This document shows, piece after piece, positions 39,326-54,200 of a DNA stretch of 64,000 nt. A program made the position numbers and the translations under genes. The first letter of the stretch is position 1; each line of letters begins with the position of its first letter. The notes beneath the pieces were generated by a model. That model was not told the DNA's origin. It was given only the letters and a program-made list of their open reading frames with translations, and searched no databases. The stretch comes from Auanema rhodensis. Taxonomy: Eukaryota; Animalia; Nematoda. The stretch is taken from assembly GCA_964057225.1 (NCBI GenBank), contig OZ059895.1, positions 1,798,001-1,862,000 on the forward strand. The letters run 5' to 3'.

Positions 39326-42300
39326 CACCGAGATATCAACTGATATAAGTTCACACTTATATCCTCGATTTTCACCCTGAAGAATTAATTTTTTCGTTGA
39401 ATAACATCGTCCATCGTCTTTGCCTTGAAAAATGGAATCTAAAAACATCTACTTTTTGCGAAATTATTTTGAAATTTTTCGAAAAAATTTTTGTCAAAAT
39501 GTTTTTGGAAGCAATGTTGAGTGTACATGGAAACTCAACATACACTAATGCATCATTTTTCAAACGATCATAACTAATTTTTGTATTAAGCGTTTCTCAA
39601 TGTAGTATAGTGCATTCGATGCGGATTTTTAAGCTGCGTCGATCTGTGTTATCAGATTTGCGCTAGCTTAAAAATGCACCGAGATATCAACTGATATAAG
39701 TTCACACTTATATCCTCGATTTTCACCCTGAAGAATTAATTTTTTCGTTGAATAACATTGTCCATCGTCTTTGCCTTGAAAAAAGGAATCTAAAAACATC
39801 TACTTTTTGCTAAATTATTTTGAAATTTTTCGAAAAAATTTTTGTCAAAATGTTTTTGGAAGCAATGTTGAGTGTACATGGAAACTCAACATACACTAAT
39901 GCATCATTTTTCAAACGATCATAACTAATTTTTGTATTAAGCGTTTTTCAATGTAGTATAGTGCATTCGATGCGGATTTTTAAGCTGCGTCGATCTGTGT
40001 TATCAGATTTGCGCTAGCTTAACAATGCACCGAGATATCAACTGATATAAGTTCACACTTATATCCTCGATTTTCACCCTGAAGAATTAATGTTTTCGTT
40101 GAATAACATTGTCCATCGTCTTTGCCTTGAAAAATGGAATCTAAAAACATCTACTTTTTGCTAAATTATTTTGAAATTTTTCGAAAAAATTTTTGTCAAA
40201 ATGTTTTTGGAAGCAATGTTGAGTGTACATGGAAACTCAACATACACTAATGCATCATTTTTCAAACGATTATAACTAATTTTTGTATTAAGCTTTTCTC
40301 AATGTAGTATAGTGCATTCGATGCGGATTTTTAAGCTGCGTCGATCTGTGTTATCAGATTTGCGCTAGCTTAAAAATGCACCGAGATATCAACTGATATA
40401 AGTTCACACTTATATCCTCGATTTTCACCCTGAAGAATTAATTTTTTCGTTGAATAACATTGTCCATCGTCTTTGCCTTGAAAAATGGAATCTAAAAACA
40501 TCTACTTTTTGCTAAATTATTTTGAAATTTTTCGGAAAAATTTTTGTCAAAATGTTTTTGGAAGCAATGTTGAGTGTACATGGAAACTCAACATACACTA
40601 ATGCATCATTTTTCAAACGATCATAACTAATTTTTGTATTAAGCTTTTCTCAATGTAGTATAGTGCATTCGATGCGGATTTTTAAGCTGCGTCGATCTGT
40701 GTTATCAGATTTGCGCTAGCTTAAAAATGCACCGAGATATCAACTGATATAAGTTCACACTTATATCCTCGATTTTCACCCTGAAGAATTAATTTTTTCG
40801 TTGAATAACATCGTCCATCGTCTTTGCCTTGTAAAATGGAATCTAAAAACATCTACTTTTTGCTAAATTATTTTGAAATTTTTCGAAAAAATTTTTGTCA
40901 AAATGTTTTTGGAAGCAATGTTGAGTGTACATGGAAACTCAACATACACTAATGCATCATTTTTCAAACGATCATAACTAATTTTTGTATTAAGCTTTTC
41001 TCAATGTAGTATAGTGCATTCGATGCGGATTTTTAAGCTGCGTCGATCTGTGTTATCAGATTTGCGCTAGCTTAAAAATGCACCGAGATATCAACTGATA
41101 TAAGTTCACACTTATATCCTCGATTTTCACCCTGAAGAATTAATTTTTTCGTTGAATAACATCGTCCATCGTCTTTGCCTTGAAAAATGGAATCTAAAAA
41201 CATCTACTTTTTGCTAAATTATTTTGAAATTTTTCGAAAAAATTTTTGTCAAAATGTTTTTGGAAGCAATGTTGAGTGTACATGGAAACTCAACATACAC
41301 TAATGCATCATTTTTCAAACGATCATAACTAATTTTTGTATTAAGCTTTTCTCAATGTAGTATAGTGCATTCGATGCGGATTTTTAAGCTGCGTCGATCT
41401 GTGTTATCAGATTTGCGCTAGCTTAAAAATGCACCGAGATATCAACTGATATAAGTTCACACTTATATCCTCGATTTTCACCCTGAAGAATTAATTTTTT
41501 CGTTGAATAACATTGTCCATCGTCTTTGCCTTGAAAAATGGAATCTAAAAACATCTACTTTTTGCTAAATTATTTTGAAATTTTTCGAAAAAATTTTTGT
41601 CAAAATGTTTTTGGAAGCAATGTTGAGTGTACATGGAAACTCAACATACACTAATGCATCATTTTTCAAACGATCATAACTAATTTTTGTATTAAGCGTT
41701 TCTCAATGTAGTATAGTGCATTCGATGCGGATTTTTAAGCTGCGTCGATCTGTGTTATCAGATTTGCGCTAGCTTAAAAATGCACCGAGATATCAACTGA
41801 TATAAGTTCACACTTATATCCTCGATTTTCACCCTGAAGAATTAATTTTTTCGTTGAATAACATTGTCCATCGTCTTTGCCTTGAAAAATGGAATCTAAA
41901 AACATCTACTTTTTGCTAAATTATTTTGAAATTTTTCGAAAAAATTTTTGTCAAAATGTTTTTGGAAGCAATGTTGAGTGTACATGGAAACTCAACATAC
42001 ACTAATGCATCATTTTTCAAACGATCATAACTAATTTTTGTATTAAGCGTTTCTCAATGTAGTATAGTGCATTCGATGCGGATTTTTAAGCTGCGTCGAT
42101 CTGTGTTATCAGATTTGCGCTAGCTTAAAAATGCACCGAGATATCAACTGATATAAGTTCACACTTATATCCTCGATTTTCACCCTGAAGAATTAATTTT
42201 TTCGTTGAATAACATCGTCCATCGTCTTTGCCTTGAAAAATGGAATCTAAAAACATCTACTTTTTGCGAAATTATTTTGAAATTTTTCGAAAAAATTTTT

Positions 42301-43186
42301 GTCAAAATGTTTTTGGAAGCAATGTTGAGTGTACATGGAAACTCAACATACACTAATGCATCATTTTTCAAACGATCATAACTAATTTTTGTATTAAGCG
42401 TTTCTCAATGTAGTATAGTGCATTCGATGCGGATTTTTAAGCTGCGTCGATCTGTGTTATCAGATTTGCGCTAGCTTAAAAATGCACCGAGATATCAACT
42501 GATATAAGTTCACACTTATATCCTCGATTTTCACCCTGAAGAATTAATTTTTTCGTTGAATAACATTGTCCATCGTCTTTGCCTTGAAAAATGGAATCTA
42601 AAAACATCTACTTTTTGCTAAATTATTTTGAAATTTTTCGAAAAAATTTTTGTCAAAATGTTTTTGGAAGCAATGTTGAGTGTACATGGAAACTCAACAT
42701 ACACTAATGCATCATTTTTCAAACGATCATAACTAATTTTTGTATTAAGCTTTTCTCAATGTAGTATAGTGCATTCGATGCGGATTTTTCAGCTGCGTCG
42801 ATCTGTGTTATCAGATTTGCGCTAGCTTAAAAATGCACCGAGATATCAACTGATAAAAGTTTACACTTATATCCTCGATTTTCACCCTGAAGAATTAATT
42901 TTTTCGTTGAATAACATTGTCCATCGTCTTTGCCTTGAAAAATGGAATCTAAAAACATCTACTTTTTGCTAAATTATTTTGAAATTTTTCGGAAAAATTT
43001 TTGTCAAAATGTTTTTGGAAGCAATGTTGAGTGTACATGGAAACTCAACATACACTAATGCATCATTTTTCAAACGATCATAACTAATTTTTGTATTAAG
43101 CGTTTCTCAATGTAGTATAGTGCATTCGATGCGGATTTTTAAGCTGCGTCGATCTGTGTTATCAGATTTGCGCTAGCTTAAAAATG

Positions 43187-45292
43187 CACCGAGATATCAA
43201 CTGATATAAGTTCACACTTATATCCTCGATTTTCACCCTGAAGAATTAATTTTTTCGTTGAATAACATCGTCCATCGTCTTTGCCTTGAAAAATGGAATC
43301 TAAAAACATCTACTTTTTGCGAAATTATTTTGAAATTTTTCGAAAAAATTTTTGTCAAAATGTTTTTGGAAGCAATGTTGAGTGTACATGGAAACTCAAC
43401 ATACACTAATGCATCATTTTTCAAACGATCATAACTAATTTTTGTATTAAGCGTTTCTCAATGTAGTATAGTGCATTCGATGCGGATTTTTAAGCTGCGT
43501 CGATCTGTGTTATCAGATTTGCGCTAGCTTAAAAATGCACCGAGATATCAACTGATATAAGTTCACACTTATATCCTCGATTTTCACCCTGAAGAATTAA
43601 TTTTTTCGTTGAATAACATTGTCCATCGTCTTTGCCTTGAAAAAAGGAATCTAAAAACATCTACTTTTTGCTAAATTATTTTGAAATTTTTCGAAAAAAT
43701 TTTTGTCAAAATGTTTTTGGAAGCAATGTTGAGTGTACATGGAAACTCAACATACACTAATGCATCATTTTTCAAACGATCATAACTAATTTTTGTATTA
43801 AGCGTTTTTCAATGTAGTATAGTGCATTCGATGCGGATTTTTAAGCTGCGTCGATCTGTGTTATCAGATTTGCGCTAGCTTAACAATGCACCGAGATATC
43901 AACTGATATAAGTTCACACTTATATCCTCGATTTTCACCCTGAAGAATTAATGTTTTCGTTGAATAACATTGTCCATCGTCTTTGCCTTGAAAAATGGAA
44001 TCTAAAAACATCTACTTTTTGCTAAATTATTTTGAAATTTTTCGAAAAAATTTTTGTCAAAATGTTTTTGGAAGCAATGTTGAGTGTACATGGAAACTCA
44101 ACATACACTAATGCATCATTTTTCAAACGATTATAACTAATTTTTGTATTAAGCTTTTCTCAATGTAGTATAGTGCATTCGATGCGGATTTTTAAGCTGC
44201 GTCGATCTGTGTTATCAGATTTGCGCTAGCTTAAAAATGCACCGAGATATCAACTGATATAAGTTCACACTTATATCCTCGATTTTCACCCTGAAGAATT
44301 AATTTTTTCGTTGAATAACATCGTCCATCGTCTTTGCCTTGAAAAATGGAATCTAAAAACATCTACTTTTTGCGAAATTATTTTGAAATTTTTCGAAAAA
44401 ATTTTTGTCAAAATGTTTTTGGAAGCAATGTTGAGTGTACATGGAAACTCAACATACACTAATGCATCATTTTTCAAACGATCATAACTAATTTTTGTAT
44501 TAAGCGTTTCTCAATGTAGTATAGTGCATTCGATGCGGATTTTTAAGCTGCGTCGATCTGTGTTATCAGATTTGCGCTAGCTTAAAAATGCACCGAGATA
44601 TCAACTGATATAAGTTCACACTTATATCCTCGATTTTCACCCTGAAGAATTAATTTTTTCGTTGAATAACATTGTCCATCGTCTTTGCCTTGAAAAAAGG
44701 AATCTAAAAACATCTACTTTTTGCTAAATTATTTTGAAATTTTTCGAAAAAATTTTTGTCAAAATGTTTTTGGAAGCAATGTTGAGTGTACATGGAAACT
44801 CAACATACACTAATGCATCATTTTTCAAACGATCATAACTAATTTTTGTATTAAGCGTTTTTCAATGTAGTATAGTGCATTCGATGCGGATTTTTAAGCT
44901 GCGTCGATCTGTGTTATCAGATTTGCGCTAGCTTAACAATGCACCGAGATATCAACTGATATAAGTTCACACTTATATCCTCGATTTTCACCCTGAAGAA
45001 TTAATGTTTTCGTTGAATAACATTGTCCATCGTCTTTGCCTTGAAAAATGGAATCTAAAAACATCTACTTTTTGCTAAATTATTTTGAAATTTTTCGAAA
45101 AAATTTTTGTCAAAATGTTTTTGGAAGCAATGTTGAGTGTACATGGAAACTCAACATACACTAATGCATCATTTTTCAAACGATTATAACTAATTTTTGT
45201 ATTAAGCTTTTCTCAATGTAGTATAGTGCATTCGATGCGGATTTTTAAGCTGCGTCGATCTGTGTTATCAGATTTGCGCTAGCTTAAAAATG
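43187..45292. repeat. Tandem duplication of a 3-monomer (1053-bp) unit
   Basis: Monomers 124-126 match 127-129: T135G at 43321/44374, AAAAAGG+TTAACAAT, and AATGTTTT+GATTATAAC. Confidence 0.88.
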
Positions 45293-48200
45293 CACCGAGA
45301 TATCAACTGATATAAGTTCACACTTATATCCTCGATTTTCACCCTGAAGAATTAATTTTTTCGTTGAATAACATTGTCCATCGTCTTTGCCTTGAAAAAT
45401 GGAATCTAAAAACATCTACTTTTTGCTAAATTATTTTGAAATTTTTCGGAAAAATTTTTGTCAAAATGTTTTTGGAAGCAATGTTGAGTGTACATGGAAA
45501 CTCAACATACACTAATGCATCATTTTTCAAACGATCATAACTAATTTTTGTATTAAGCTTTTCTCAATGTAGTATAGTGCATTCGATGCGGATTTTTAAG
45601 CTGCGTCGATCTGTGTTATCAGATTTGCGCTAGCTTAAAAATGCACCGAGATATCAACTGATATAAGTTCACACTTATATCCTCGATTTTCACCCTGAAG
45701 AATTAATTTTTTCGTTGAATAACATCGTCCATCGTCTTTGCCTTGAAAAATGGAATCTAAAAACATCTACTTTTTGCTAAATTATTTTGAAATTTTTCGA
45801 AAAAATTTTTGTCAAAATGTTTTTGGAAGCAATGTTGAGTGTACATGGAAACTCAACATACACTAATGCATCATTTTTCAAACGATCATAACTAATTTTT
45901 GTATTAAGCTTTTCTCAATGTAGTATAGTGCATTCGATGCGGATTTTTCAGCTGCGTCGATCTGTGTTATCAGATTTGCGCTAGCTTAAAATTGCACCGA
46001 GATATCAACTGATATAAGTTTACACTTATATCCTCGATTTTCACCCTGAAGAATTAATTTTTTCGTTGAATAACATCGTCCATCGTCTTTGCCTTGAAAA
46101 ATGGAATCTAAAAACATCTACTTTTTGCTAAATTATTTTGAAATTTTTCGAAAAAATTTTTGTCAAAATGTTTTTGGAAGCAATGTTGAGTGTACGTGGA
46201 AACTCAACATACACTAATGCATCATTTTTCAAACGATCATAACTAATTTTTGTATTAAGCTTTTCTCAATGTAGTATAGTGCATTCGATGCGGATTTTTA
46301 AGCTGCGTCGATCTGTGTTATCAGATTTGCGCTAGCTTAAAAATGCACCGAGATATCAACTGATATAAGTTAACACTTATATCCTCGATTTTCACCCTGA
46401 AGAATTAATTTTTTCGTTGAATAACATTGTCCATCGTCTTTGCCTTGAAAAAAGGAATCTAAAAACATCTACTTTTTGCTAAATTATTTTGAAATTTTTC
46501 GAAAAAATTTTTGTCAAAATGTTTTTGGAAGCAATGTTGAGTGTACATGGAAACTCAACATACACTAATGCATCATTTTTCAAACGATCATAACTAATTT
46601 TTGTATTAAGCTTTTCTCAATGTAGTATAGTGCATTCGATGCGGATTTTTCAGCTGCGTCGATCTGTGTTATCAGATTTGCGCTAGCTTAAAAATGCACC
46701 GAGATATCAACTGATATAAGTTTACACTTATATCCTCGATTTTCACCCTGAAGAATTAATTTTTTCGTTGAATAACATCGTCCATCGTCTTTGCCTTGAA
46801 AAATGGAATCTAAAAACATCTACTTTTTGCTAAATTATTTTGAAATTTTTCGAAAAAATTTTTGTCAAAATGTTTTTGGAAGCAATGTTGAGTGTACGTG
46901 GAAACTCAACATACACTAATGCATCATTTTTCAAACGATCATAACTAATTTTTGTATTAAGCTTTTCTCAATGTAGTATAGTGCATTCGATGCGGATTTT
47001 TAAGCTGCGTCGATCTGTGTTATCAGATTTGCGCTAGCTTAAAAATGCACCGAGATATCAACTGATATAAGTTAACACTTATATCCTCGATTTTCACCCT
47101 GAAGAATTAATTTTTTCGTTGAATAACATTGTCCATCGTCTTTGCCTTGAAAAAAGGAATCTAAAAACATCTACTTTTTGCTAAATTATTTTGAAATTTT
47201 TCGAAAAAATTTTTGTCAAAATGTTTTTGGAAGCAATGTTGAGTGTACATGGAAACTCAACATACACTAATGCATCATTTTTCAAACGATCATAACTAAT
47301 TTTTGTATTAAGCGTTTTTCAATGTAGTATAGTGCATTCGATGCGGATTTTTAAGCTGCGTCGATCTGTGTTATCAGATTTGCGCTAGCTCAACAATGCA
47401 CCGAGATATCAACTGATATAAGTTCACACTTATATCCTCGATTTTCACCCTGAAGAATTAATTTTTTCGTTGAATAACATCGTCCATCGTCTTTGCCTTG
47501 AAAAATGGAATCTAAAAACATCTACTTTTTGCTAAATTATTTTGAAATTTTTCGAAAAAATTTTTGTCAAAATGTTTTTGGAAGCAATGTTGAGTGTACA
47601 TGGAAACTCAACATACACTAATGCATCATTTTTCAAACGATCATAACTAATTTTTGTATTAAGCTTTTCTCAATGTAGTATAGTGCATTCGATGCGGATT
47701 TTTAAGCTGCGTCGATCTGTGTTATCAGATTTGCGCTAGCTTAAAAATGCACCGAGATATCAACTGATATAAGTTCACACTTATATCCTCGATTTTCACC
47801 CTGAAGAATTAATTTTTTCGTTGAATAACATTGTCCATCGTCTTTGCCTTGAAAAATGGAATCTAAAAACATCTACTTTTTGCTAAATTATTTTGAAATT
47901 TTTCGAAAAAATTTTTGTCAAAATGTTTTTGGAAGCAATGTTGAGTGTACATGGAAACTCAACATACACTAATGCATCATTTTTCAAACGATCATAACTA
48001 ATTTTTGTATTAAGCGTTTCTCAATGTAGTATAGTGCATTCGATGCGGATTTTTAAGCTGCGTCGATCTGTGTTATCAGATTTGCGCTAGCTTAAAAATG
48101 CACCGAGATATCAACTGATATAAGTTCACACTTATATCCTCGATTTTCACCCTGAAGAATTAATGTTTTCGTTGAATAACATTGTCCATCGTCTTTGCCT

Positions 48201-51200
48201 TGAAAAATGGAATCTAAAAACATCTACTTTTTGCTAAATTATTTTGAAATTTTTCGGAAAAATTTTTGTCAAAATGTTTTTGGAAGCAATGTTGAGTGTA
48301 CATGGAAACTCAACATACACTAATGCATCATTTTTCAAACGATCATAACTAATTTTTGTATTAAGCTTTTCTCAATGTAGTATAGTGCATTCGATGCGGA
48401 TTTTTAAGCTGCGTCGATCTGTGTTATCAGATTTGCGCTAGCTTAAAAATGCACCGAGATATCAACTGATATAAGTTCACACTTATATCCTCGATTTTCA
48501 CCCTGAAGAATTAATTTTTTCGTTGAATAACATCGTCCATCGTCTTTGCCTTGAAAAATGGAATCTAAAAACATCTACTTTTTGCTAAATTATTTTGAAA
48601 TTTTTCGAAAAAATTTTTGTCAAAATGTTTTTGGAAGCAATGTTGAGTGTACATGGAAACTCAACATACACTAATGCATCATTTTTCAAACGATCATAAC
48701 TAATTTTTGTATTAAGCTTTTCTCAATGTAGTATAGTGCATTCGATGCGGATTTTTCAGCTGCGTCGATCTGTGTTATCAGATTTGCGCTAGCTTAAAAA
48801 TGCACCGAGATATCAACTGATATAAGTTTACACTTATATCCTCGATTTTCACCCTGAAGAATTAATTTTTTCGTTGAATAACATCGTCCATCGTCTTTGC
48901 CTTGAAAAATGGAATCTAAAAACATCTACTTTTTGCTAAATTATTTTGAAATTTTTCGAAAAAATTTTTGTCAAAATGTTTTTGGAAGCAATGTTGAGTG
49001 TACGTGGAAACTCAACATACACTAATGCATCATTTTTCAAACGATCATAACTAATTTTTGTATTAAGCTTTTCTCAATGTAGTATGGTGCATTCGATGCG
49101 GATTTTTAAGCTGCGTCGATCTGTGTTATCAGATTTGCGCTAGCTTAAAAATGCACCGAGATATCAACTGATATAAGTTAACACTTATATCCTCGATTTT
49201 CACCCTGAAGAATTAATTTTTTCGTTGAATAACATTGTCCATCGTCTTTGCCTTGAAAAATGGAATCTAAAAACATCTACTTTTTGCTAAATTATTTTGA
49301 AATTTTTCGAAAAAATTTTTGTCAAAATGTTTTTGGAAGCAATGTTGAGTGTACATGGAAACTCAACATACACTAATGCATCATTTTTCAAACGATCATA
49401 ACTAATTTTTGTATTAAGCGTTTCTCAATGTAGTATAGTGCATTCGATGCGGATTTTTAAGCTGCGTCGATCTGTGTTATCAGATTTGCGCTAGCTTAAA
49501 AATGCACCGAGATATCAACTGATATAAGTTCACACTTATATCCTCGATTTTCACCCTGAAGAATTAATTTTTTCGTTGAATAACATCGTCCATCGTCTTT
49601 GCCTTGAAAAATGGAATCTAAAAACATCTACTTTTTGCTAAATTATTTTGAAATTTTTCGAAAAAATTTTTGTCAAAATGTTTTTGGAAGCAATGTTGAG
49701 TGTACATGGAAACTCAACATACACTAATGCATCATTTTTCAAACGATCATAACTAATTTTTGTATTAAGCTTTTCTCAATGTAGTATAGTGCATTCGATG
49801 CGGATTTTTCAGCTGCGTCGATCTGTGTTATCAGATTTGCGCTAGCTTAAAAATGCACCGAGATATCAACTGATAAAAGTTTACACTTATATCCTCGATT
49901 TTCACCCTGAAGAATTAATTTTTTCGTTGAATAACATCGTCCATCGTCTTTGCCTTGAAAAATGGAATCTAAAAACATCTACTTTTTGCTAAATTATTTT
50001 GAAATTTTTCGAAAAAATTTTTGTCAAAATGTTTTTGGAAGCAATGTTGAGTGTACGTGGAAACTCAACATACACTAATGCATCATTTTTCAAACGATCA
50101 TAACTAATTTTTGTATTAAGCTTTTCTCAATGTAGTATAGTGCATTCGATGCGGATTTTTAAGCTGCGTCGATCTGTGTTATCAGATTTGCGCTAGCTTA
50201 AAAATGCACCGAGATATCAACTGATAAAAGTTAACACTTATATCCTCGATTTTCACCCTGAAGAATTAATTTTTTCGTTGAATAACATTGTCCATCGTCT
50301 TTGCCTTGAAAAAAGGAATCTAAAAACATCTACTTTTTGCTAAATTATTTTGAAATTTTTCGAAAAAATTTTTGTCAAAATGTTTTTGGAAGCAATGTTG
50401 AGTGTACATGGAAACTCAACATACACTAATGCATCATTTTTCAAACGATCATAACTAATTTTTGTATTAAGCGTTTTTCAATGTAGTATAGTGCATTCGA
50501 TGCGGATTTTCAAGCTGCGTCGATCTGTGTTATCAGATTTGCGCTAGCTTAACAATGCACCGAGATATCAACTGATATAAGTTCACACTTATATCCTCGA
50601 TTTTCACCCTGAAGAATTAATTTTTTCGTTGAATAACATCGTCCATCGTCTTTGCCTTGAAAAATGGAATCTAAAAACATCTACTTTTTGCTAAATTATT
50701 TTGAAATTTTTCGAAAAAATTTTTGTCAAAATGTTTTTGGAAGCAATGTTGAGTGTACATGGAAACTCAACATACACTAATGCATCATTTTTCAAACGAT
50801 CATAACTAATTTTTGTATTAAGCTTTTCTCAATGTAGTATAGTGCATTCGATGCGGATTTTTAAGCTGCGTCGATCTGTGTTATCAGATTTGCGCTAGCT
50901 TAAAAATGCACCGAGATATCAACTGATATAAGTTCACACTTATATCCTCGATTTTCACCCTGAAGAATTAATTTTTTCGTTGAATAACATCGTCCATCGT
51001 CTTTGCCTTGAAAAATGGAATCTAAAAACATCTACTTTTTGCTAAATTATTTTGAAATTTTTCGAAAAAATTTTTGTCAAAATGTTTTTGGAAGCAATGT
51101 TGAGTGTACATGGAAACTCAACATACACTAATGCATCATTTTTCAAACGATCATAACTAATTTTTGTATTAAGCGTTTCTCAATGTAGTATAGTGCATTC

Positions 51201-54200
51201 GATGCGGATTTTTAAGCTGCGTCGATCTGTGTTATCAGATTTGCGCTAGCTTAAAAATGCACCGAGATATCAACTGATATAAGTTCACACTTATATCCTC
51301 GATTTTCACCCTGAAGAATTAATTTTTTCGTTGAATAACATTGTCCATCGTCTTTGCCTTGAAAAAAGGAATCTAAAAACATCTACTTTTTGCTAAATTA
51401 TTTTGAAATTTTTCGAAAAAATTTTTGTCAAAATGTTTTTGGAAGCAATGTTGAGTGTACATGGAAACTCAACATACACTAATGCATCATTTTTCAAACG
51501 ATCATAACTAATTTTTGTATTAAGCGTTTTTCAATGTAGTATAGTGCATTCGATGCGGATTTTTAAGCTGCGTCGATCTGTGTTATCAGATTTGCGCTAG
51601 CTTAACAATGCACCGAGATATCAACTGATATAAGTTCACACTTATATCCTCGATTTTCACCCTGAAGAATTAATTTTTTCGTAGAATAACATTGTCCATC
51701 GTCTTCGCCTTGAAAAATGGAATCTAAAAACATCTACTTTTTGCTAAATTATTTTGAAATTTTTCGAAAAAATTTTTGTCAAAATGTTTTTGGAAGCAAT
51801 GTTGAGTGTACATGGAAACTCAACATACACTAATGCATCATTTTTCAAACGATTATAACTAATTTTTGTATTAAGCTTTTCTCAATGTAGTATAGTGCAT
51901 TCGATGCGGATTTTTAAGCTGCGTCGATCTGTGTTATCAGATTTGCGCTAGCTTAAAAATGCACCGAGATATCAACTGATATAAGTTCACACTTATATCC
52001 TCGATTTTCACCCTGAAGAATTAATTTTTTCGTTGAATAACATTGTCCATCGTCTTTGCCTTGAAAAATGGAATCTAAAAACATCTACTTTTTGCTAAAT
52101 TATTTTGAAATTTTTCGAAAAAATTTTTGTCAAAATGTTTTTGGAAGCAATGTTGAGTGTACATGGAAACTCAACATACACTAATGCATCATTTTTCAAA
52201 CGATCATAACTAATTTTTGTATTAAGCTTTTCTCAATGTAGTATAGTGCATTCGATGCGGATTTTTAAGCTGCGTCGATCTGTGTTATCAGATTTGCGCT
52301 AGCTTAAAAATGCACCGAGATATCAACTGATATAAGTTCACACTTATATCCTCGATTTTCACCCTGAAGAATTAATTTTTTCGTTGAATAACATCGTCCA
52401 TCGTCTTTGCCTTGAAAAATGGAATCTAAAAACATCTACTTTTTGCTAAATTATTTTGAAATTTTTCGAAAAAATTTTTGTCAAAATGTTTTTGGAAGCA
52501 ATGTTGAGTGTACATGGAAACTCAACATACACTAATGCATCATTTTTCAAACGATCATAACTAATTTTTGTATTAAGCTTTTCTCAATGTAGTATAGTGC
52601 ATTCGATGCGGATTTTTCAGCTGCGTCGATCTGTGTTATCAGATTTGCGCTAGCTTAAAAATGCACCGAGATATCAACTGATATAAGTTTACACTTATAT
52701 CCTCGATTTTCACCCTGAAGAATTAATTTTTTCGTTGAATAACATCGTCCATCGTCTTTGCCTTGAAAAATGGAATCTAAAAACATCTACTTTTTGCTAA
52801 ATTATTTTGAAATTTTTCGAAAAAATTTTTGTCAAAATGTTTTTGGAAGCAATGTTGAGTGTACGTGGAAACTCAACATACACTAATGCATCATTTTTCA
52901 AACGATCATAACTAATTTTTGTATTAAGCTTTTCTCAATGTAGTATAGTGCATTCGATGCGGATTTTTAAGCTGCGTCGATCTGTGTTATCAGATTTGCG
53001 CTAGCTTAAAAATGCACCGAGACATCAACTGATATAAGTTAACACTTATATCCTCGATTTTCACCCTGAAGAATTAATTTTTTCGTTGAATAACATTGTC
53101 CATCGTCTTTGCCTTGAAAAAAGGAATCTAAAAACATCTACTTTTTGCTAAATTATTTTGAAATTTTTCGAAAAAATTTTTGTCAAAATGTTTTTGGAAG
53201 CAATGTTGAGTGTACATGGAAACTCAACATACACTAATGCATCATTTTTCAAACGATCATAACTAATTTTTGTATTAAGCGTTTCTCAATGTAGTATAGT
53301 GCATTCGATGCGGATTTTTAAGCTGCGTCGATCTGTGTTATCAGATTTGCGCTAGCTTAAAAATGCACCGAGATATCAACTGATATAAGTTTACACTTAT
53401 ATCCTCGATTTTCACCCTGAAGAATTAATTTTTTCGTTGAATAACATCGTCCATCGTCTTTGCCTTGAAAAATGGAATCTAAAAACATCTACTTTTTGCT
53501 AAATTATTTTGAAATTTTTCGAAAAAATTTTTGTCAAAATGTTTTTGGAAGCAATGTTGAGTGTACGTGGAAACTCAACATACACTAATGCATCATTTTT
53601 CAAACGATCATAACTAATTTTTGTATTAAGCTTTTCTCAATGTAGTATAGTGCATTCGATGCGGATTTTTAAGCTGCGTCGATCTGTGTTATCAGATTTG
53701 CGCTAGCTTAAAAATGCACCGAGACATCAACTGATATAAGTTAACACTTATATCCTCGATTTTCACCCTGAAGAATTAATTTTTTCGTTGAATAACATTG
53801 TCCATCGTCTTTGCCTTGAAAAAAGGAATCTAAAAACATCTACTTTTTGCTAAATTATTTTGAAATTTTTCGAAAAAATTTTTGTCAAAATGTTTTTGGA
53901 AGCAATGTTGAGTGTACATGGAAACTCAACATACACTAATGCATCATTTTTCAAACGATCATAACTAATTTTTGTATTAAGCGTTTCTCAATGTAGTATA
54001 GTGCATTCGATGCGGATTTTTAAGCTGCGTCGATCTGTGTTATCAGATTTGCGCTAGCTTAAAAATGCACCGAGATATCAACTGATATAAGTTCACACTT
54101 ATATCCTCGATTTTCACCCTGAAGAATTAATTTTTTCGTTGAATAACATTGTCCATCGTCTTTGCCTTGAAAAATGGAATCTAAAAACATCTACTTTTTG

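Noticed and set aside
39372-44477. Four identical 63-aa minus-strand ORFs (39372-39563, 42180-42371, 43233-43424, 44286-44477)
   Set aside because: They exist only because variant T135G (39460, 42268, 43321, 44374) turns a minus-strand TAG into TCG in 4 of ~182 copies. The K/F/I/N-rich peptide reflects the A/T tracts and has no recognisable domain. They mark duplications, not genes.
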